Shown here: positions 61,300 to 64,000 of the stretch, piece after piece | Layout: every line of letters starts with the position of its first letter | Position numbering within the stretch: the stretch's first letter is position 1 | Assembly (NCBI RefSeq): GCF_020745735.1 | Contig: NC_083407.1 | Span: 54,179,857-54,243,856 of the forward strand | Origin: Hemiscyllium ocellatum | Taxonomy: Eukaryota | Length of the DNA: 64,000 nucleotides | Direction of reading: 5' to 3' | The notes under the pieces: generated by a model | Seen by the model: the letters and a program-made list of their open reading frames with translations, nothing else | The model's database searches: none | What the model was told of the DNA's origin: nothing | Made by a program: the position numbers and the translations under genes

Positions 61300-64000
61300 G
61301 TTCACAACATGGAATCAGATAAGTTAATCGTTGTTTTAAGTCTGTCCAACAGAAAGGCTGCACTAGTAAGTAGAGTGGGTTCTTTCTTGATTACATTTTT
61401 GGAGATAAGTCTCTTGATTAAACTTAAAATATAAACCGTAACTATTAATTTAACCTGGGGCAGTATTTTGTAGAGGAATAAGATGGTGTCATTTTCTGGG
61501 TCTGTAGATTGTGAAGGAGCAAAAATGGCCTTAGTACAGTCTTATGTACTTCTTGACAGATGTGGGAGTTTAAAGAGAGTTTAAGGGTTACTGCAGATTA
61601 TATCTGCCATAAATGCTGTTGGATGTGAATCTTATCAGATCAAATGGATCGGTTGGAGGAGCAGTTAGAAACGATGAGGAATTTGCAACAGCAACAGTAT
61701 GTGATGGATGGCAGTTATAGGAAGGGGGGAAAGTCTCAGATACAGTCACATAGATGGGTTACCTCCAGGAAGGGTAAGAGAGGTAGGCACCTAGGGCAGG
61801 AGTTTTTCGTGGATATACCCATTTCAAACAGGTATGCTGTTTTGGAAAATGTAGGGGGTGATGGACTCTCAGGGGAATGTAGCACGAACAGCCAAGTTTC
61901 TGGTATTGAGACTGGCTCCAATGCAACGAGGGTACATCTGCTTCCAAGAGATCTATTGTGTTCGGGGATTCTGTAGTCCGAGGTACAGACAGATGTTTCT
62001 GTGGTCAGCAGCGAAAAAGCAGAATGATATGTTGCTTCCTTGGTGCCAGGATCAAGAATGTCTCGGAGAGGGTGCAGAATGTTCTCAAGGGGGAGAGGGG
62101 CCAGCAAGAGGTCATTGTCCACATTGGAACCAACAATATAGGAAGGGAAAAGGTTGAGATTCTGAAGGGAGATTACAGAGAGTTGGGCAGAAATTTAAAA
62201 TGGAGGTCCTCAAGGATAGTAATATCTGGATTACTCCCCGTGTTACGAGCTAGTGAGGGGAGGAATAGGAGGATAGAGCAGATGAATGCATGGCTGAGGA
62301 GCTGATGTATGGGAGAAAGACTCACATTTTTGGACCACTGGAATATCTTTTGGGGTAGAAGTGACCTGTACAAGAAGGACAGATTGAACCTAAATTGGAT
62401 GGGGACTAATATACTGGCAGGGAAATTTGCTAGAACTGTTTGGTAGGATTTAAACTAATAAGGTGGGGGATGGGACCCAGGGAGATAGTGAGGAAAGAGA
62501 TCAATCTGAGATTGGTACAGTTGAGAACAGAAGTGAGTCAAACAGTCAGGGCAGACAGGGACGAGGTAGGATGAATGAATTAAAATGCATTTATTTCAAT
62601 GCAAGGGGCCTAACAGGGAAGGCAGATGAACTCAGGGCATGATTAGAAACATGGGACTGAAATATCATAGAATTGCAGAAACATGGCTCAGGGATGAATA
62701 GGACTGGCAGCTTAATGTTCCAGGATACAAATGCTACAGGAAGGATAGTAAGGGAGGCAAGAGAGGAGGGGGCGTAGCATTTTTGATAAGGGATAGCATT
62801 ACAGCTGTGTTGAGGGAGGATATTCCTGGAAATATATCCAGGCAAGTTATTTGGGTGGAACTGAGAAAGAAGAAAGGGATGATCACCTTTATTGGGATTA
62901 TATTACAGACCTCCTAATAGTCAGAGTGAAATTGAGAAACAAACTTGTAAGGATATCTCAACCATCTGGAAGAATAATCGGGTGATTATGGTAGGAGATT
63001 TTAACTTTCCAAACATGGACTGATACTACCATTGTGTTAAAGATTTAGATGGAGAGGAATTTGTTAATTGCGTACAAGACAATTTTCTGATTTAGTATGT
63101 GGTTGTACCTATTAGAGAATTTGCAAAACTTGACCTACTCTTGGGAATTAATGCAGGGCAGGTGGCTGAGCTGTCAGTGGGGGAGCACTTTGGGGTCAGC
63201 GACCATACTTCTATTAGTTTTAAAATAGTGGTGGAAAAGGATAGACCAGATCTGAAAGTTGAAGTTCTAAATTGGAGAAAGGCCAATTTTGATGGTATTA
63301 AGCAAGAACCTTCGAAAGCTGATGGGAGGCAGATGTTCACAGGTAAAGGGACGGCTGGAAAATGGGAAGCCTTCAGAAATGAGATAACAAAATCTAGAGG
63401 AAGTATATTCCTGTCAGGGTGAAAGGAAAGGCTGATAGGTTTCAGGAATGCCGGATGACTAAAGAAATTGAGGGTTTGGTTAAAAAGAAAGAAGCATATG
63501 TAAGGTATCGACAAGATAGATCAAGTAAATCCTTAGAAGAGTATAAAGGAAATAAGAGTATACTTAAGAGGGAATTCAGGAGGGCAAAAATAAGACATGA
63601 GATAGCATTGGTGAATAGAATTAAGGAGAATCCAAAGGGTTTTTACAAATATACTAAGGACAAAAGGTTAACTGGGGAGAGAATAGGGCCCCTCAAAGAT
63701 CAGCAAGGTGGCCTTTGTGTAGAGCTGCAGAAAATGGGAAGATGCTAAATTAATATTTTGCATCAGTATTTACTGTGAAAAAGGATCTGGAAGATATAGA
63801 CTGTAATGAAATAGATGGTGACATGTTGCAAAATGTCCATTTTACAGAGGAGGAAGTGCTGGATGTCTTGAAATGAGCAAAGGTGGATAAATCCCCAGGA
63901 CCTGATCAGGTGTACCCGAGAACTTTGTGGGAAGCTAAGGATGTGATTGCTGGGACTCTTGCTGAGATATTTGTATCATCGATAGTCACAGGTGAGGTGC
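61300..64000 (+). mobile_element. CR1-type LINE 5' part: ORF1 (zinc finger/zipper plus SGNH esterase, about 61524-62450) and ORF2 APE endonuclease (from about 62570), with stops and frameshifts; runs off the window
   Basis: YICHKC...MDRLEEQLETMR; GDSVVRG...VHIGTNNI; CIYFNARGL, ETWL, GDFNFP, SDH. Confidence 0.88.

Noticed and set aside
54187-64000. Exons of expected neighbours CD302/LY75 on the - strand
   Set aside because: I could not find any C-type lectin-like exon; the region is UTR and repeats

Overview
This window is eukaryotic (vertebrate) DNA, almost certainly from an elasmobranch (shark), judged by HE1/V-SINEs, abundant CR1-type LINEs and Penelope-like elements. It holds one protein-coding gene on the + strand, MARCHF7 (MARCH7/axotrophin, RING-CH E3 ubiquitin ligase). 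I rebuilt it by hand as 10 phase-consistent GT-AG coding exons from ATG 12304 to TAG 54186 (773 or 780 aa depending on the exon-4 donor). A CpG-enriched 5' region sits at the window start and a roughly 2.6 kb 3' UTR follows the stop. The introns are filled with decayed CR1 LINEs (mostly antisense), HE1 SINEs, one RTE LINE and Penelope-like (GIY-YIG) remnants. The most interesting signal is several families of short non-coding Penelope pLTR-derived elements carrying minimal hammerhead-ribozyme cores (CUGANGA...GAAA-NUH with a palindromic stem III). One is a young, perfect 230-bp palindrome at 10597-10826 with one ribozyme per strand, a 35-bp tail and a 15-bp target-site duplication. A second oddity is a roughly 2-kb inverted-repeat structure (50499-52554) in the last intron whose arms each contain a small intron-like segment. 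Exon coordinates are exact by manual reading. Repeat boundaries are approximate, and family names come from recognition rather than a database search.
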